Part shown: in pieces, positions 1 to 10,699 of the stretch | Layout of the letters: every line of letters starts with the position of its first letter | Position numbering within the stretch: position 1 is the stretch's first letter | NCBI RefSeq assembly: GCF_055900595.2 | Contig: NZ_CM148325.1 | Strand: one strand, 5' to 3' | DNA: 64,000 nucleotides | Position numbers and translations under genes: made by a program | Notes under the pieces: model-generated | What the model was told of the DNA's origin: nothing | What the model saw: the letters and a program-made list of their open reading frames with translations, nothing else | The model's database searches: none

Positions 1-143
1 GTGTTAAGAGCCATGACGTGCCAAATGTAATAAGAATTAACATTAATATTAACCCATGATGGGAATGATCTTGAGCATTAACGCATTTAATGCTTATTTT
101 AATAGGCTGGCAGTTCCAGGTAAGACAACCAAGTGATTACATA

Positions 144-641
144 ATGAACAAAACAGAATTTTACGCGGATTTAAACCGTGACTTTAACGCGCTGATGGCG
201 GGAGAAACCAGTTTTCTGGCAACGCTGGCAAACACCAGTGCGTTGTTATATGAGCGTCTCACTGACGTAAACTGGGCAGGTTTTTATTTGCTTGAGGACG
301 AGACGTTGGTTCTCGGACCGTTTCAGGGCAAAATTGCTTGTGTACGCATCCCCGTCGGGCGCGGTGTGTGTGGCACTGCAGTTGCCCGTAATGAAGTGCA
401 GCGAATCGAGGATGTTCACGCTTTTGACGGGCATATTGCCTGTGATGCAGCAAGTAATTCTGAAATTGTCCTGCCGCTGGTGGTGAAAAATCAGATTATT
501 GGTGTTCTCGATATCGACAGTACCGTCTTCGGTCGCTTTACAGACGAGGACGAGCAGGGCTTACGTCAGCTTGTGGCACAGCTTGAAAAGGTGCTTGCAA
601 TGACGGATTACAAAAAATTCTTTGCGAGCGTCGCAGGATAA
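144..641 (+). CDS. msrC: free methionine-(R)-sulfoxide reductase, GAF domain (MsrC/YebR)
   Basis: Track ORF 90..641 trimmed to internal ATG at 144 (MNKTEFYADLNRDF...); matches recalled E. coli YebR, ~165 aa. Confidence 0.85.
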   Translation: MNKTEFYADLNRDFNALMAGETSFLATLANTSALLYERLTDVNWAGFYLLEDETLVLGPFQGKIACVRIPVGRGVCGTAVARNEVQRIEDVHAFDGHIACDAASNSEIVLPLVVKNQIIGVLDIDSTVFGRFTDEDEQGLRQLVAQLEKVLAMTDYKKFFASVAG

Positions 642-737
642 TCAACGGATAACGTAGCATTTACTGATGGCGTCATTATAATGACGCCTGTTCATGCCTG
701 CGCTTGTTGGCTACGTCCGTTGTAATCAGGAAATTTC

Positions 738-1436
738 ATGGAAAATCAACCTAAGTTGAATAGCAGTAAAGAAGTAATCGCGTTTCTGGCCGAACGTTTT
801 CCCCACTGTTTCAGTGCGGAAGGTGAAGCGCGTCCGCTGAAAATCGGTATTTTTCAGGATTTGGTCGATCGTGTTGCCGGGGAAATGAACCTGAGCAAAA
901 CGCAATTGCGATCCGCTTTACGTCTCTATACCTCGAGCTGGCGTTACCTTTACGGTGTTAAACCCGGCGCAACGCGTGTCGATCTTGACGGCAACCCATG
1001 CGGTGAGCTGGACGAGCAACATGTAGAGCATGCTCGCAAGCAGCTTGAAGAAGCGAAAGCACGTGTTCAGGCACAGCGTGCTGAGCAGCAAGCGAAAAAA
1101 CGCGAAGCTGCCGCAGCTGCTGGTGAGAAAGAAGACGCACCGCGCCGTGAACGCAAGCCACGTCCGACCACGCCACGCCGCAAAGAAGGCGCTGAGCGTA
1201 AACCACGTGCGCAAAAGCCGGTAGAGAAAGCGCCAAAAACAGCAAAAGCACCTCGCGAAGAACAGCACACCCCAGTTTCTGACATTTCAGCTCTGACTGT
1301 CGGACAAGCCCTGAAGGTGAAAGCGGGTCAAAACGCGATGGATGCCACCGTATTAGAAATCACCAAAGACGGCGTCCGCGTCCAACTGAATTCGGGTATG
1401 TCTTTGATTGTGCGCGCAGAACACCTGGTGTTCTGA
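738..1436 (+). CDS. proQ: RNA chaperone ProQ
   Basis: 232-aa [28 protein letters not shown]..., Lys/Arg/Ala-rich linker and C-terminal domain as in E. coli ProQ. Confidence 0.95.
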   Translation: MENQPKLNSSKEVIAFLAERFPHCFSAEGEARPLKIGIFQDLVDRVAGEMNLSKTQLRSALRLYTSSWRYLYGVKPGATRVDLDGNPCGELDEQHVEHARKQLEEAKARVQAQRAEQQAKKREAAAAAGEKEDAPRRERKPRPTTPRRKEGAERKPRAQKPVEKAPKTAKAPREEQHTPVSDISALTVGQALKVKAGQNAMDATVLEITKDGVRVQLNSGMSLIVRAEHLVF

Positions 1437-1455
1437 AACGGAGGCCGGGCCAGGC

Positions 1456-3504
1456 ATGAACATGTTTTTTAGGCTTACCGCGTTAGCTGGCCTGCTTGCA
1501 ATAGCAGGCCAGACCTTCGCTGTAGAAGATATCACGCGTGCTGATCAAATTCCGGTATTAAAGGAAGAGACGCAGCATGCGACGGTGAGTGAGCGCGTAA
1601 CGTCGCGCTTCACCCGTTCTCATTATCGCCAGTTCGACCTCGATCAGGCATTTTCGGCTAAAATCTTTGACCGCTACCTGAATCTGCTCGATTACAGCCA
1701 CAACGTGCTGTTGGCAAGCGATGTTGAACAGTTCGCGAAAAAGAAAACCGAGTTAGGCGATGAACTTCGTTCAGGCAAACTCGACGTTTTCTACGATCTC
1801 TACAATCTGGCGCAAAAGCGCCGTTTTGAACGTTACCAGTACGCTTTGTCGGTACTGGAAAAGCCAATGGATTTTACCGGCAACGACACTTATAACCTTA
1901 ACCGCAGCAAAGCTCCATGGCCGAAAAACGAGGCTGAGTTGAACGCGCTGTGGGACAGTAAAGTCAAATTCGACGAGTTAAGTCTTAAGCTGACAGGAAA
2001 AGCGGATAAAGAAATTCGTGAAACCCTGACTCGCCGCTACAAATTTGCCATTCGTCGTCTGGCGCAAACCAACAGCGAAGATGTTTTCTCGCTGGCAATG
2101 ACGGCGTTTGCTCGTGAAATAGACCCGCATACCAACTATCTTTCCCCGCGTAATACCGAACAGTTCAACACTGAAATGAGTTTGTCGCTGGAAGGTATTG
2201 GCGCAGTGCTGCAAATGGATGATGACTACACCGTTATCAATTCGATGGTGGCAGGTGGCCCGGCAGCGAAGAGTAAAGCTATCAGCGTTGGTGACAAAAT
2301 TGTCGGTGTTGGTCAAACAGGCAAGCCGATGGTTGACGTGATTGGCTGGCGTCTTGATGACGTGGTTGCCTTAATTAAAGGGCCGAAGGGCAGTAAAGTT
2401 CGTCTGGAAATTTTACCTGCTGGTAAAGGGACCAAGACCCGTACTGTAACGTTGACCCGTGAACGTATTCGCCTCGAAGACCGTGCGGTTAAAATGTCGG
2501 TGAAGACCGTCGGTAAAGAGAAAGTTGGCGTGCTGGATATTCCTGGCTTCTATGTGGGGTTGACAGATGATGTCAAAGTACAACTGCAGAAACTGGAAAA
2601 ACAGAATGTCAGCAGTGTGATCATCGACCTGCGTAGCAATGGCGGTGGGGCGTTGACCGAGGCAGTATCGCTTTCAGGCCTGTTTATTCCTGCAGGTCCG
2701 ATTGTTCAGGTTCGTGATAACAACGGTAAAGTTCGTGAAGACAGCGATACCGACGGTCAGGTCTTCTATAAAGGCCCGCTGGTGGTGCTGGTTGACCGCT
2801 TTAGTGCTTCGGCTTCAGAAATCTTTGCTGCGGCAATGCAGGATTACGGTCGTGCGCTGGTTGTGGGTGAACCGACATTTGGTAAAGGCACTGTCCAGCA
2901 GTACCGTTCATTGAACCGTATTTACGATCAGATGTTACGTCCTGAATGGCCAGCTTTGGGTTCTGTTCAATACACGATCCAGAAATTCTATCGCGTTAAC
3001 GGCGGCAGTACGCAACGTAAGGGCGTAACGCCAGACATCATCATGCCGACAGGTAATGAAGAAACGGAAACGGGAGAGAAATTTGAAGATAACGCGCTGC
3101 CGTGGGATAGCATTGATGCTGCAACCTATGTGAAATCAGGCGATTTAACGGCCTTTGAACCGGAGTTGCTGAAGGCGCATAATGCGCGTATCGCGAAAGA
3201 TCCTGAGTTCCAGAACATCATGAAGGATATCGCGCGCTTCAACGCCATGAAGGACAAGCGCAATATCGTTTCTCTGAATTACGCGGTGCGTGAGAAAGAG
3301 AATAATGAAGATGATGCGACGCGTCTGGCGCGTTTGAACGAACGCTTTAAACGCGAAGGTAAACCGGAGTTGAAGAAGCTGGATGATCTACCGAAAGATT
3401 ACCAGGAACCGGATCCTTATCTGGATGAGACGGTGAATATCGCACTCGATTTGGCGAAGCTTGAAAAAGCCAGACCCGCGGAACAACCCGCTCCCGTCAA
3501 GTAA
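1456..3504 (+). CDS. prc: tail-specific periplasmic protease Prc (Tsp)
   Basis: Track ORF 1408..3504 trimmed to ATG at 1456 (MNMFFRLTALAGLLAIAG signal peptide); 682 aa as recalled for Prc. Confidence 0.95.
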   Translation: MNMFFRLTALAGLLAIAGQTFAVEDITRADQIPVLKEETQHATVSERVTSRFTRSHYRQFDLDQAFSAKIFDRYLNLLDYSHNVLLASDVEQFAKKKTELGDELRSGKLDVFYDLYNLAQKRRFERYQYALSVLEKPMDFTGNDTYNLNRSKAPWPKNEAELNALWDSKVKFDELSLKLTGKADKEIRETLTRRYKFAIRRLAQTNSEDVFSLAMTAFAREIDPHTNYLSPRNTEQFNTEMSLSLEGIGAVLQMDDDYTVINSMVAGGPAAKSKAISVGDKIVGVGQTGKPMVDVIGWRLDDVVALIKGPKGSKVRLEILPAGKGTKTRTVTLTRERIRLEDRAVKMSVKTVGKEKVGVLDIPGFYVGLTDDVKVQLQKLEKQNVSSVIIDLRSNGGGALTEAVSLSGLFIPAGPIVQVRDNNGKVREDSDTDGQVFYKGPLVVLVDRFSASASEIFAAAMQDYGRALVVGEPTFGKGTVQQYRSLNRIYDQMLRPEWPALGSVQYTIQKFYRVNGGSTQRKGVTPDIIMPTGNEETETGEKFEDNALPWDSIDAATYVKSGDLTAFEPELLKAHNARIAKDPEFQNIMKDIARFNAMKDKRNIVSLNYAVREKENNEDDATRLARLNERFKREGKPELKKLDDLPKDYQEPDPYLDETVNIALDLAKLEKARPAEQPAPVK

Positions 3505-3509
3505 CATCA

Positions 3510-3540
3510 ATCAGGCACAAGAAATTGTGCCTGATTTTTT
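3510..3540 (+). terminator. intrinsic terminator downstream of prc
   Basis: 11-bp perfect stem atcaggcacaa / ttgtgcctgat with GAAA loop, followed by a 6-T run. Confidence 0.75.
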
Positions 3541-3695
3541 AACAGCGGCAAGATGCCGTAAATCAGATGCTACAAAATGTAAAGTTGTGTCTTTCTGGTG
3601 ACTTACGCACTATCCAGACTTGAAAATAGTCGCGTAACCCATACGATGTGGGTATCGCATATTGCGTTTTGTTAAACTGAGGTAAAAAGAAAATT

Positions 3696-4577
3696 ATGAT
3701 GCGAATCGCGCTCTTCCTGCTAACGAACCTGGCCGTAATGGTCGTTTTCGGGCTGGTACTGAGCCTGACAGGGATACAGTCGAGCAGCGTTCAGGGGCTG
3801 ATGATCATGGCCTTGCTGTTCGGTTTTGGTGGTTCCTTCGTTTCGCTTCTGATGTCCAAATGGATGGCATTACGATCTGTTGGCGGGGAAGTGATCGAGC
3901 AACCGCGTAACGAAAGGGAACGTTGGCTGGTCAATACTGTAGCAACCCAGGCTCGTCAGGCGGGGATCGCTATGCCGCAAGTGGCTATCTACCATGCGCC
4001 GGACATCAACGCTTTTGCAACCGGTGCGCGCCGTGATGCCTCTCTGGTTGCTGTCAGCACCGGTTTGCTGCAGAACATGAGCCCGGATGAAGCTGAGGCG
4101 GTAATTGCTCACGAAATCAGTCACATCGCCAATGGTGATATGGTCACCATGACGCTGATTCAGGGCGTGGTGAACACCTTCGTTATCTTTATTTCACGTA
4201 TTCTGGCGCAGCTGGCTGCTGGTTTCATGGGCGGTAACCGTGACGAAGGTGAAGAGAGCAACGGCAACCCACTGATCTACTTTGCCGTCGCGACGGTGCT
4301 GGAACTGGTGTTTGGTATTCTGGCGAGCATTATCACCATGTGGTTCTCGCGTCACCGTGAATTCCACGCCGATGCGGGTTCAGCAAAACTGGTTGGTCGT
4401 GAGAAAATGATTGCCGCGCTGCAACGCCTGAAAACCAGCTATGAACCACAAGAAGCAACCAGCATGATGGCTTTCTGTATTAACGGGAAGTCGAAATCGC
4501 TCAGTGAGTTGTTCATGACTCACCCGCCGCTGGATAAACGTATTGAAGCTCTGCGTACGGGTGAATACCTGAAGTAA
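3696..4577 (+). CDS. htpX: membrane zinc metalloprotease HtpX
   Basis: 293-aa [22 protein letters not shown]..., HEISH zinc motif present in translation. Confidence 0.95.
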
Positions 4578-4592
4578 TATGAAGTAAATACT

Positions 4593-4625
4593 AAAAAGCG
4601 CGTCCTGATCGACGCGCTTTTTTTA
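4593..4625. terminator. bidirectional intrinsic terminator between convergent htpX and yebQ
   Basis: stem agcgcgtc / gacgcgct flanked by a 5-A run on one side and a 7-T run on the other. Confidence 0.75.
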
Positions 4626-5996
4626 TGCCCTGGATCGTGGCTGGGTAATACGTAAGCCACTGACACAGGCAGCAATCACTGCCAGAATAGCCGCAGCCAT
4701 CAGCGAGACGTGTGTACCATTATCACCAAACTGATTTAGCATCAGCGCCACCAGCGCCGCGCCACTACTCTGACCCAATAGACGAGCCGTCCCTAACATG
4801 CCACTGGCCCCACCGCTACGTTCGCGCGGAGCGGAGGTAATAATGGTGTGGTTATTGGGTGACTGGAATAAGCCAAATCCAGCGCCACATAAGATCATCG
4901 GCCAGATAATATTGATATCCGCAGGTGACGCGGGCAGCAGAACCAGGGAAAAAAGCCCCGCAGACATGATGAACAACCCTAAAGCACCCAGCAATCCTGC
5001 ATGTACGCGTTCAATTAAATAGCCTGCCAGCGGAGCCATCACCATTGTTGCTAACGGCCACGGTGTCAGAAGTAAACCTGTTTCGACTTCACTACGCCCG
5101 AGCACGGTTTGCAGGTAAAAGGGCAGGGAAACCATTGCCAGCATTTGTGCGCAGAAAGAGCAAACAGATGTGCAAATAGAAAGTGAAAACAGCGGGATAC
5201 GCAGTAAATCCACCGGTAGCAGCGGTACGGGAAGAGAAAGCTGGCGGCGAATAAAGAAAATACCAACGACAACCATTACCACCAGTTCCGCGCCAATCAA
5301 CGTCAGCGATTGCCCCTGAGCGAAACCACTCAATGCAGTAATAAGCAGGCCGAAGGTTAACGCGTTCATCACGGCGCTGGGCAGGTCGAAACGGGGTTTA
5401 CTGGCACGAGAGCCATTGGGTGGCAGAAAACGCATGGCCAGAAGCAGGGCGATAATACCCAACGGTACGTTGATTAAAAATAACCATTTCCAGGATGCGA
5501 TGGAGAGGATTGCTGCAGCAATTGTCGGCCCGGCAGCAGAAGAGACGGCAACAATAAACGAGTTTACGCCCATCCCTCTACCCAGAAAACGTTGTGGATA
5601 GATCAGGCGGATAAGTGCGGTATTAACGCTCATCAACGCTGCACCGCCGAAACCTTGTATGACACGCGCAAGGGTGAGCATTTGTAGCGAATCAGAAAGG
5701 GCGCAGAACAGTGAAGACAACAGAAAAACGACCAGACCACATTTATAAATACGTCGATAGCCAAACATATCGCCCAGAAACGAAAACGAGAGCAGGGAGA
5801 TGACAATGGCGATTTGATAGGCGTTCACTACCCAGATGGAACTGGCCGGTGTGGCATGAAGGTCTGTGGCGATTGTTGGCAAGGCGACGTTGGCGATTGC
5901 GCCGTCAAGCACAGCCATCGAAATACCAATCACAATGGTTAATATCGCACCGTATCGCTGGGGCAACGGCAGGCCGTCGGCCTGAACTTTTGGCAT
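4623..5996 (-). CDS. yebQ: MFS transporter YebQ
   Basis: Track ORF 4623..6107 trimmed to ATG at 5996 (MPKVQADGLPLPQRYGAILTIV...); 457 aa, multi-TM MFS-like. Confidence 0.85.
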   Translation of the reverse strand: MPKVQADGLPLPQRYGAILTIVIGISMAVLDGAIANVALPTIATDLHATPASSIWVVNAYQIAIVISLLSFSFLGDMFGYRRIYKCGLVVFLLSSLFCALSDSLQMLTLARVIQGFGGAALMSVNTALIRLIYPQRFLGRGMGVNSFIVAVSSAAGPTIAAAILSIASWKWLFLINVPLGIIALLLAMRFLPPNGSRASKPRFDLPSAVMNALTFGLLITALSGFAQGQSLTLIGAELVVMVVVGIFFIRRQLSLPVPLLPVDLLRIPLFSLSICTSVCSFCAQMLAMVSLPFYLQTVLGRSEVETGLLLTPWPLATMVMAPLAGYLIERVHAGLLGALGLFIMSAGLFSLVLLPASPADINIIWPMILCGAGFGLFQSPNNHTIITSAPRERSGGASGMLGTARLLGQSSGAALVALMLNQFGDNGTHVSLMAAAILAVIAACVSGLRITQPRSRA

Positions 5997-6172
5997 AGGA
6001 ATTTTATATCTTTGGTGAATAATCAACAGGGGTAAGATTCTAGCACTGATATTCACGGTGGATGTCGCAGAATTGTAACTAACCGGCAAAAGATGGATTG
6101 CGACCACCCAGGTGCGAAATTATAATAAAAAACAGTTCTGATTTTTATAAAACACTCGCAATGAGGTGATAA

Positions 6173-6964
6173 ATGGCTAACGCAGATCTGGATAAACAGC
6201 CTGATTCTGTATCTTCCGTGCTGAAAGTTTTTGGCATTTTGCAGGCGCTGGGTGAAGAGCGCGAAATAGGGATAACCGAGCTGTCGCAGCGCGTCATGAT
6301 GTCAAAAAGCACCGTTTATCGCTTTTTACAGACCATGAAAACCCTGGGTTATGTGGCGCAGGAAGGGGAGTCGGAGAAATATTCGCTGACCCTGAAATTG
6401 TTTGAACTGGGCGCTCGCGCGTTACAAAACGTCGATTTAATTCGTAGCGCAGATATCCAGATGCGTGAGATCTCCCGCCTGACGAAAGAAACTATCCACC
6501 TCGGCGCACTGGACGAAGACAGTATTGTTTACATCCACAAAATTGACTCTATGTACAATTTGCGCATGTATTCACGGATTGGTCGTCGTAATCCGCTGTA
6601 CAGCACCGCGATTGGTAAGGTACTGCTGGCATGGCGCGATCGCGATGAAGTGAAGCAAATTCTTGAGGGCGTGGAGTATAAACGCAGTACCGAACGGACC
6701 ATCACCAGTACAGAAGCGTTATTACCCGTTCTGGACCTGGTGCGCGAGCAGGGGTATGGCGAAGATAACGAAGAGCAGGAAGAAGGACTGCGTTGCATTG
6801 CGGTTCCGGTATTTGATCGCTTTGGCGTGGTCATTGCCGGTCTGAGCATCTCCTTCCCGACGTTGCGTTTCTCTGAAGAGCGTTTACAGGAATATGTCGC
6901 AATGTTGCATACCGCGGCGCGCAAAATTTCTGCCCAAATGGGTTATCACGACTATCCGTTCTGA
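6173..6964 (+). CDS. kdgR: IclR-family transcriptional repressor KdgR
   Basis: 263-aa ORF MANADLDKQPDSVSSVLKVFGILQALGEE..., IclR-type HTH and effector domain. Confidence 0.95.
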   Translation: MANADLDKQPDSVSSVLKVFGILQALGEEREIGITELSQRVMMSKSTVYRFLQTMKTLGYVAQEGESEKYSLTLKLFELGARALQNVDLIRSADIQMREISRLTKETIHLGALDEDSIVYIHKIDSMYNLRMYSRIGRRNPLYSTAIGKVLLAWRDRDEVKQILEGVEYKRSTERTITSTEALLPVLDLVREQGYGEDNEEQEEGLRCIAVPVFDRFGVVIAGLSISFPTLRFSEERLQEYVAMLHTAARKISAQMGYHDYPF

Positions 6965-6973
6965 TGAGAGTAA

Positions 6974-7010
6974 GAACCTGTCTGAATATCAAACAGACAG
7001 GTTCTTTATT
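6974..7010 (+). terminator. intrinsic terminator downstream of kdgR
   Basis: 12-bp perfect stem agaacctgtctg / cagacaggttct followed by T-rich tract. Confidence 0.7.
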
Positions 7011-7107
7011 TAGCATGAGAAAAATAAAGTTGAAGGTGGCGTTATATTAAACGCACTTGCGATAAGAATATTTTACTTATGAGTGAGAATCTGGTTATTT
7101 ATTACCC

Positions 7108-7347
7108 TTAACCATTATCGACCACAATATTGCTTTTACGTAACAACGGGCAATCTGTTATCCCCAGAAAACCACTTTTAGTGTGCAGGTATTGTACCGT
7201 GCTGGTGCCTCTGGCGGTCAGATAGGTACATTGCAAACCTAATCCCGCGGCATTCTCTTTGCTTCCAATCAAAACGCCATATCCGCTGAGTAATAATCCT
7301 ATCCATACCAGTGCTATCAGCATAACTGTGCGAATGATGAATCGCAT
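7108..7347 (-). CDS. yobH: small uncharacterized protein YobH
   Basis: 79-aa ORF MRFIIRTVMLIALVWIGLLLSGYG..., N-terminal hydrophobic segment. Confidence 0.8.
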   Translation of the reverse strand: MRFIIRTVMLIALVWIGLLLSGYGVLIGSKENAAGLGLQCTYLTARGTSTVQYLHTKSGFLGITDCPLLRKSNIVVDNG

Positions 7348-7449
7348 TACAACCTCTTCTCTTTTTATGTTCGCTTAATCGTAGCGGCAATATGCGCTGA
7401 AGCAAGCGACTCATTCTGAAAAAGCACGAATATCGACATAGTTAGGCGC

Positions 7450-7467
7450 TGTTTAACTAACACATGC
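7450..7467 (+). promoter_or_regulatory. candidate PhoP box in mgrB promoter
   Basis: TGTTTAA...CACATG direct-repeat-like motif about 40-55 bp upstream of the mgrB GTG, followed by TTTAAT -10-like hexamer; mgrB is a known PhoPQ target. Confidence 0.4.
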
Positions 7468-7505
7468 TAGTTTAATGACATAAGGTAGGTGAAACGGAGA
7501 TTGGA

Positions 7506-7649
7506 GTGAAAAAGTTTCGATGGGTCGTTCTGGTTGTCGTGGTGTTGGCTTGCTTGCTGCTTTGGGCGCAGGTATTCAACATGATGTGCGATCAGGATGT
7601 ACAATTTTTCAGCGGAATTTGTGCCATTAACCAGTTTATCCCGTGGTGA
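7506..7649 (+). CDS. mgrB: PhoQ feedback inhibitor MgrB (47 aa)
   Basis: Translated by hand: GTG start with GGAG 6 nt upstream; [47 protein letters not shown]; absent from track because it is under 60 aa. Confidence 0.9.
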
Positions 7650-7723
7650 TATCATTTTTTCAGCACTAGATTTTCTTCCTCTCCAGCAGTGGTAGAATAG
7701 CGCCTCTACTCAGAGGTGGTGAA

Positions 7724-8011
7724 ATGAACGAAGTTGTAAATTCAGGCGTGATGAACATTGCGTCTTTGGTTGTATCGGTGGTGGTTCTTCTTCTCGGGCT
7801 CATCTTGTGGTTTTTTATCAATCGTGCCAGTTCACGAACTAACGAACAGATTGAACTGCTTGAGGCGTTGCTGGATCAGCAAAAACGTCAAAATGCACTG
7901 TTACGTCGTTTGTGCGAAGCAAACGAACCTGAGAAAGAAGATAAAAAGACCGTTGAGAGTCAAAAATCGGTTGAAGACGAAGATATTATTCGTCTGGTCG
8001 CCGAACGGTAA
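7724..8011 (+). CDS. yebO: small membrane protein YebO
   Basis: 95-aa ORF MNEVVNSGVMNIASLVVSVVVLLLGLILWFFINR... Confidence 0.85.
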   Translation: MNEVVNSGVMNIASLVVSVVVLLLGLILWFFINRASSRTNEQIELLEALLDQQKRQNALLRRLCEANEPEKEDKKTVESQKSVEDEDIIRLVAER

Positions 8012-8680
8012 TCCTTCCTCAATCTTGAGTAACCCCGTCGTTGAAGGGTTACTCAATTCATCCTGATTATACGCACTGTCATGGTGCAACTGCTTCAAAT
8101 TAAAACTCTGGTCTGACTTCAAATAATTATCATATTATTTATTTGCGTAACGGGATATCAGAAAAAGATATTTAGCCCATTAATTTATTAGGATGTTTAC
8201 ATCGGATTTGTGATTAAGCGTGGTATTATTTATTAGCGAAACGTTTCTCTCTTGATTTTTTTGCGCATTCATCAATTTTTCTTATTTTAAATTTACAATA
8301 CCTTTGGCGATTGACTTCTCTTTGGGGTGATTGATAGCCGTTAACTGACTGTTTTATGAGAAAAAGTGATATAACTTTTTATTCATTGCATAGCAGAAAA
8401 TGTGATATTGCACGCACTATGTAATAACTTCTCCCATTGGCCTGGAACAACTGAACTTATTGAACTATGTTAGAAAATACGTCAGTTTAAGTATCTGCCT
8501 GAACTGGCAAGGTTAAGCACAATGATATATCGGCGCGTATTCCGTTGCATAAGTGTGCAAAAAAAGTGGAAGACGTATCGAGATTTGTGCGTCTGATCGA
8601 GACATGTTTAAAAATGGCTTGCCATAATTAACGTTGTATGTGATAACAGATTTCGGGTTAAACGAGGTACAGTTCTGTTT

Positions 8681-8824
8681 ATGTGTGGCATTTTCAGTAA
8701 AGAAGTCCTGAGTAAACACGTTGACGTTGAATACCGCTTCTCTGCCGAGCCTTATATTGGTGCCTCATGCAGTAATGTGTCAGTTTTATCTATGTTATGC
8801 CTGCGGGCGAAGAAAACAATCTAA
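8681..8824 (+). CDS. yobF: small protein YobF (47 aa)
   Basis: Translated by hand: [47 protein letters not shown]; immediately upstream of cspC; absent from track (under 60 aa). Confidence 0.85.
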
Positions 8825-8836
8825 GGAATTTTTCAA

Positions 8837-9046
8837 ATGGCAAAGATTAAAGGTCAGGTTAAGTGGTTCAACGAGTCTAAAGGTTTTGGCTTCATCACTC
8901 CGGCTGATGGCAGCAAAGACGTGTTCGTACACTTCTCCGCTATCCAGGGTAATGGCTTCAAAACTCTGGCTGAAGGTCAGAACGTTGAGTTCGAAATTCA
9001 GGACGGCCAGAAAGGTCCGGCAGCTGTTAACGTAACAGCTATCTGA
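8837..9046 (+). CDS. cspC: cold-shock-domain protein CspC
   Basis: 69-aa [40 protein letters not shown]..., canonical CSD RNP motifs. Confidence 0.97.
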
Positions 9047-9091
9047 TCGAATCCACTGATCTGAAGTGTGAAGACACTTCAATCTCGCTAT

Positions 9092-9118
9092 AAAGCCTCG
9101 TCGAATGCGAGGCTTTTT
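9092..9118 (+). terminator. intrinsic terminator downstream of cspC
   Basis: stem aaagcctcg / cgaggcttt followed by a 5-T run. Confidence 0.8.
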
Positions 9119-9211
9119 ACTTTGCTTTATCTTCGCTCCTGGCATTCGGATATTTGCCCGCCGCGTGATTCGCGTTACACTTGCGGACTTTAGTATCCTG
9201 CCGGAGTTGTC

Positions 9212-10021
9212 ATGTCGTTTTCCTGTCCACTTTGCCATCAGCCTCTCTCGCGTGAAAAAAACAGCTATATCTGTCCCCAGCGACATCAGTTTGATATGGC
9301 GAAAGAAGGGTATGTCAACCTGTTGCCTGTTCAGCATAAACGATCTCGTGATCCGGGCGACAGCGCGGAAATGATGCAAGCACGACGCGCATTCTTAGAT
9401 GCCGGACATTATCAGCCGCTGCGTGATGCAATTGTTGCCCAACTGCGGGAACAGCTTGATGAAACGGCCACGGCGGTGCTGGATATCGGCTGTGGTGAAG
9501 GGTATTACACACACGCATTTGCCGATGCGTTGCCCGAAATCACCACGTTTGGTCTGGATGTCTCGAAGGTGGCGATCAAAGCTGCGGCAAAACGCTATCC
9601 GCAGGTCACTTTTTGTGTCGCTTCCAGTCACCGTTTGCCGTTTGCCGATGCCAGCATGAACGCCATTATTCGCATCTATGCGCCGTGTAAAGCAGAAGAA
9701 TTAGCGCGCGTAGTGAAGCCCGGCGGTTGGATCATTACAGCTACGCCGGGACCGCGACATTTGATGGAGCTGAAGGGGCTGATTTACAATGAAGTACATC
9801 TTCATGCACCTCATGCAGAACAACTGGAAGGTTTTACATTACAGCAGAGTGATGAGTTGTGTTATCCGATGCGTCTTCGCGGTGACGAAGCCGTCGCGTT
9901 ATTGCAGATGACGCCGTTTGCCTGGCGAGCGAAGCCAGAAGTCTGGCAAACGCTGGCAGCAAAAGAAGTGTTTGACTGCCAGACGGACTTTAATATTCAC
10001 CTCTGGCAGCGTTCTTATTAA
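9212..10021 (+). CDS. rlmA: 23S rRNA (guanine745-N1)-methyltransferase RlmA
   Basis: 269-aa [31 protein letters not shown]... (zinc-ribbon N-terminus, SAM-MTase fold motif DIGCGEGYY). Confidence 0.95.
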
Positions 10022-10584
10022 CCGTGGAAGTGCGTCCAGAGGATCTGGACGCCGATGCCGATCAGTACCAGCCCGCCGAGAATTTCCGCTTTCTTCCCAA
10101 TAATTGAGCCGATAAAGCGACCAACCATCATCCCTAATGTCGACATAATCAAGGTTGCACAACCAATGGCTAATGCGGTCGCGATAATGTTGACCTGCAG
10201 GAAGGCCAGACCAACCCCCACAGCCATCGCATCCAGGCTGGTGGCAATCGCGGTGGTTACCAGTAGCCAGAAACCGTGTCGACGGCGCGGTTCTTCATCT
10301 TCATCATCTGCACCACGAAAACCCTCGATAATCATTCGCCCACCGAGGAATATCAGCAGCACAAACGCAATCCAGTGATTCCATTCAAGGACAAACCGGC
10401 TGGCTAACATGCCCATTCCCCAGCCGATCAGCGGCGTCAGGGTTTCGACGGCACCAAAAATAAGGCCAGTTCGCAAAGCTTCAGAAAATTTCGGTTTATG
10501 GAGGGTGGCACCTTTACCGATTGATGCAGCAAATGCATCCATCGACATACCAAACGCAAGAAGAACAGTAGCAGTGATATTCAT
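10018..10584 (-). CDS. mntP: manganese efflux pump MntP
   Basis: Track ORF 10018..10638 trimmed to ATG at 10584 ([21 protein letters not shown]...), AGGA Shine-Dalgarno 10 nt upstream; 188 aa. Confidence 0.9.
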
Positions 10585-10699
10585 GACAACGTCCTGACCG
10601 GGGTATCCATAAAACACATCATCGCCCCCAGCAAACATGCATACATGAACAACAAACCGCGATGATTTTCGCGTTCATGCAGGCATAGCGATTGATGTG

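Noticed and set aside
7467-7655. 62-aa minus-strand ORF from the track
   Set aside because: It lies antisense to the recognisable mgrB coding sequence (GTG 7506..7649, plus strand) and has no recognisable product.
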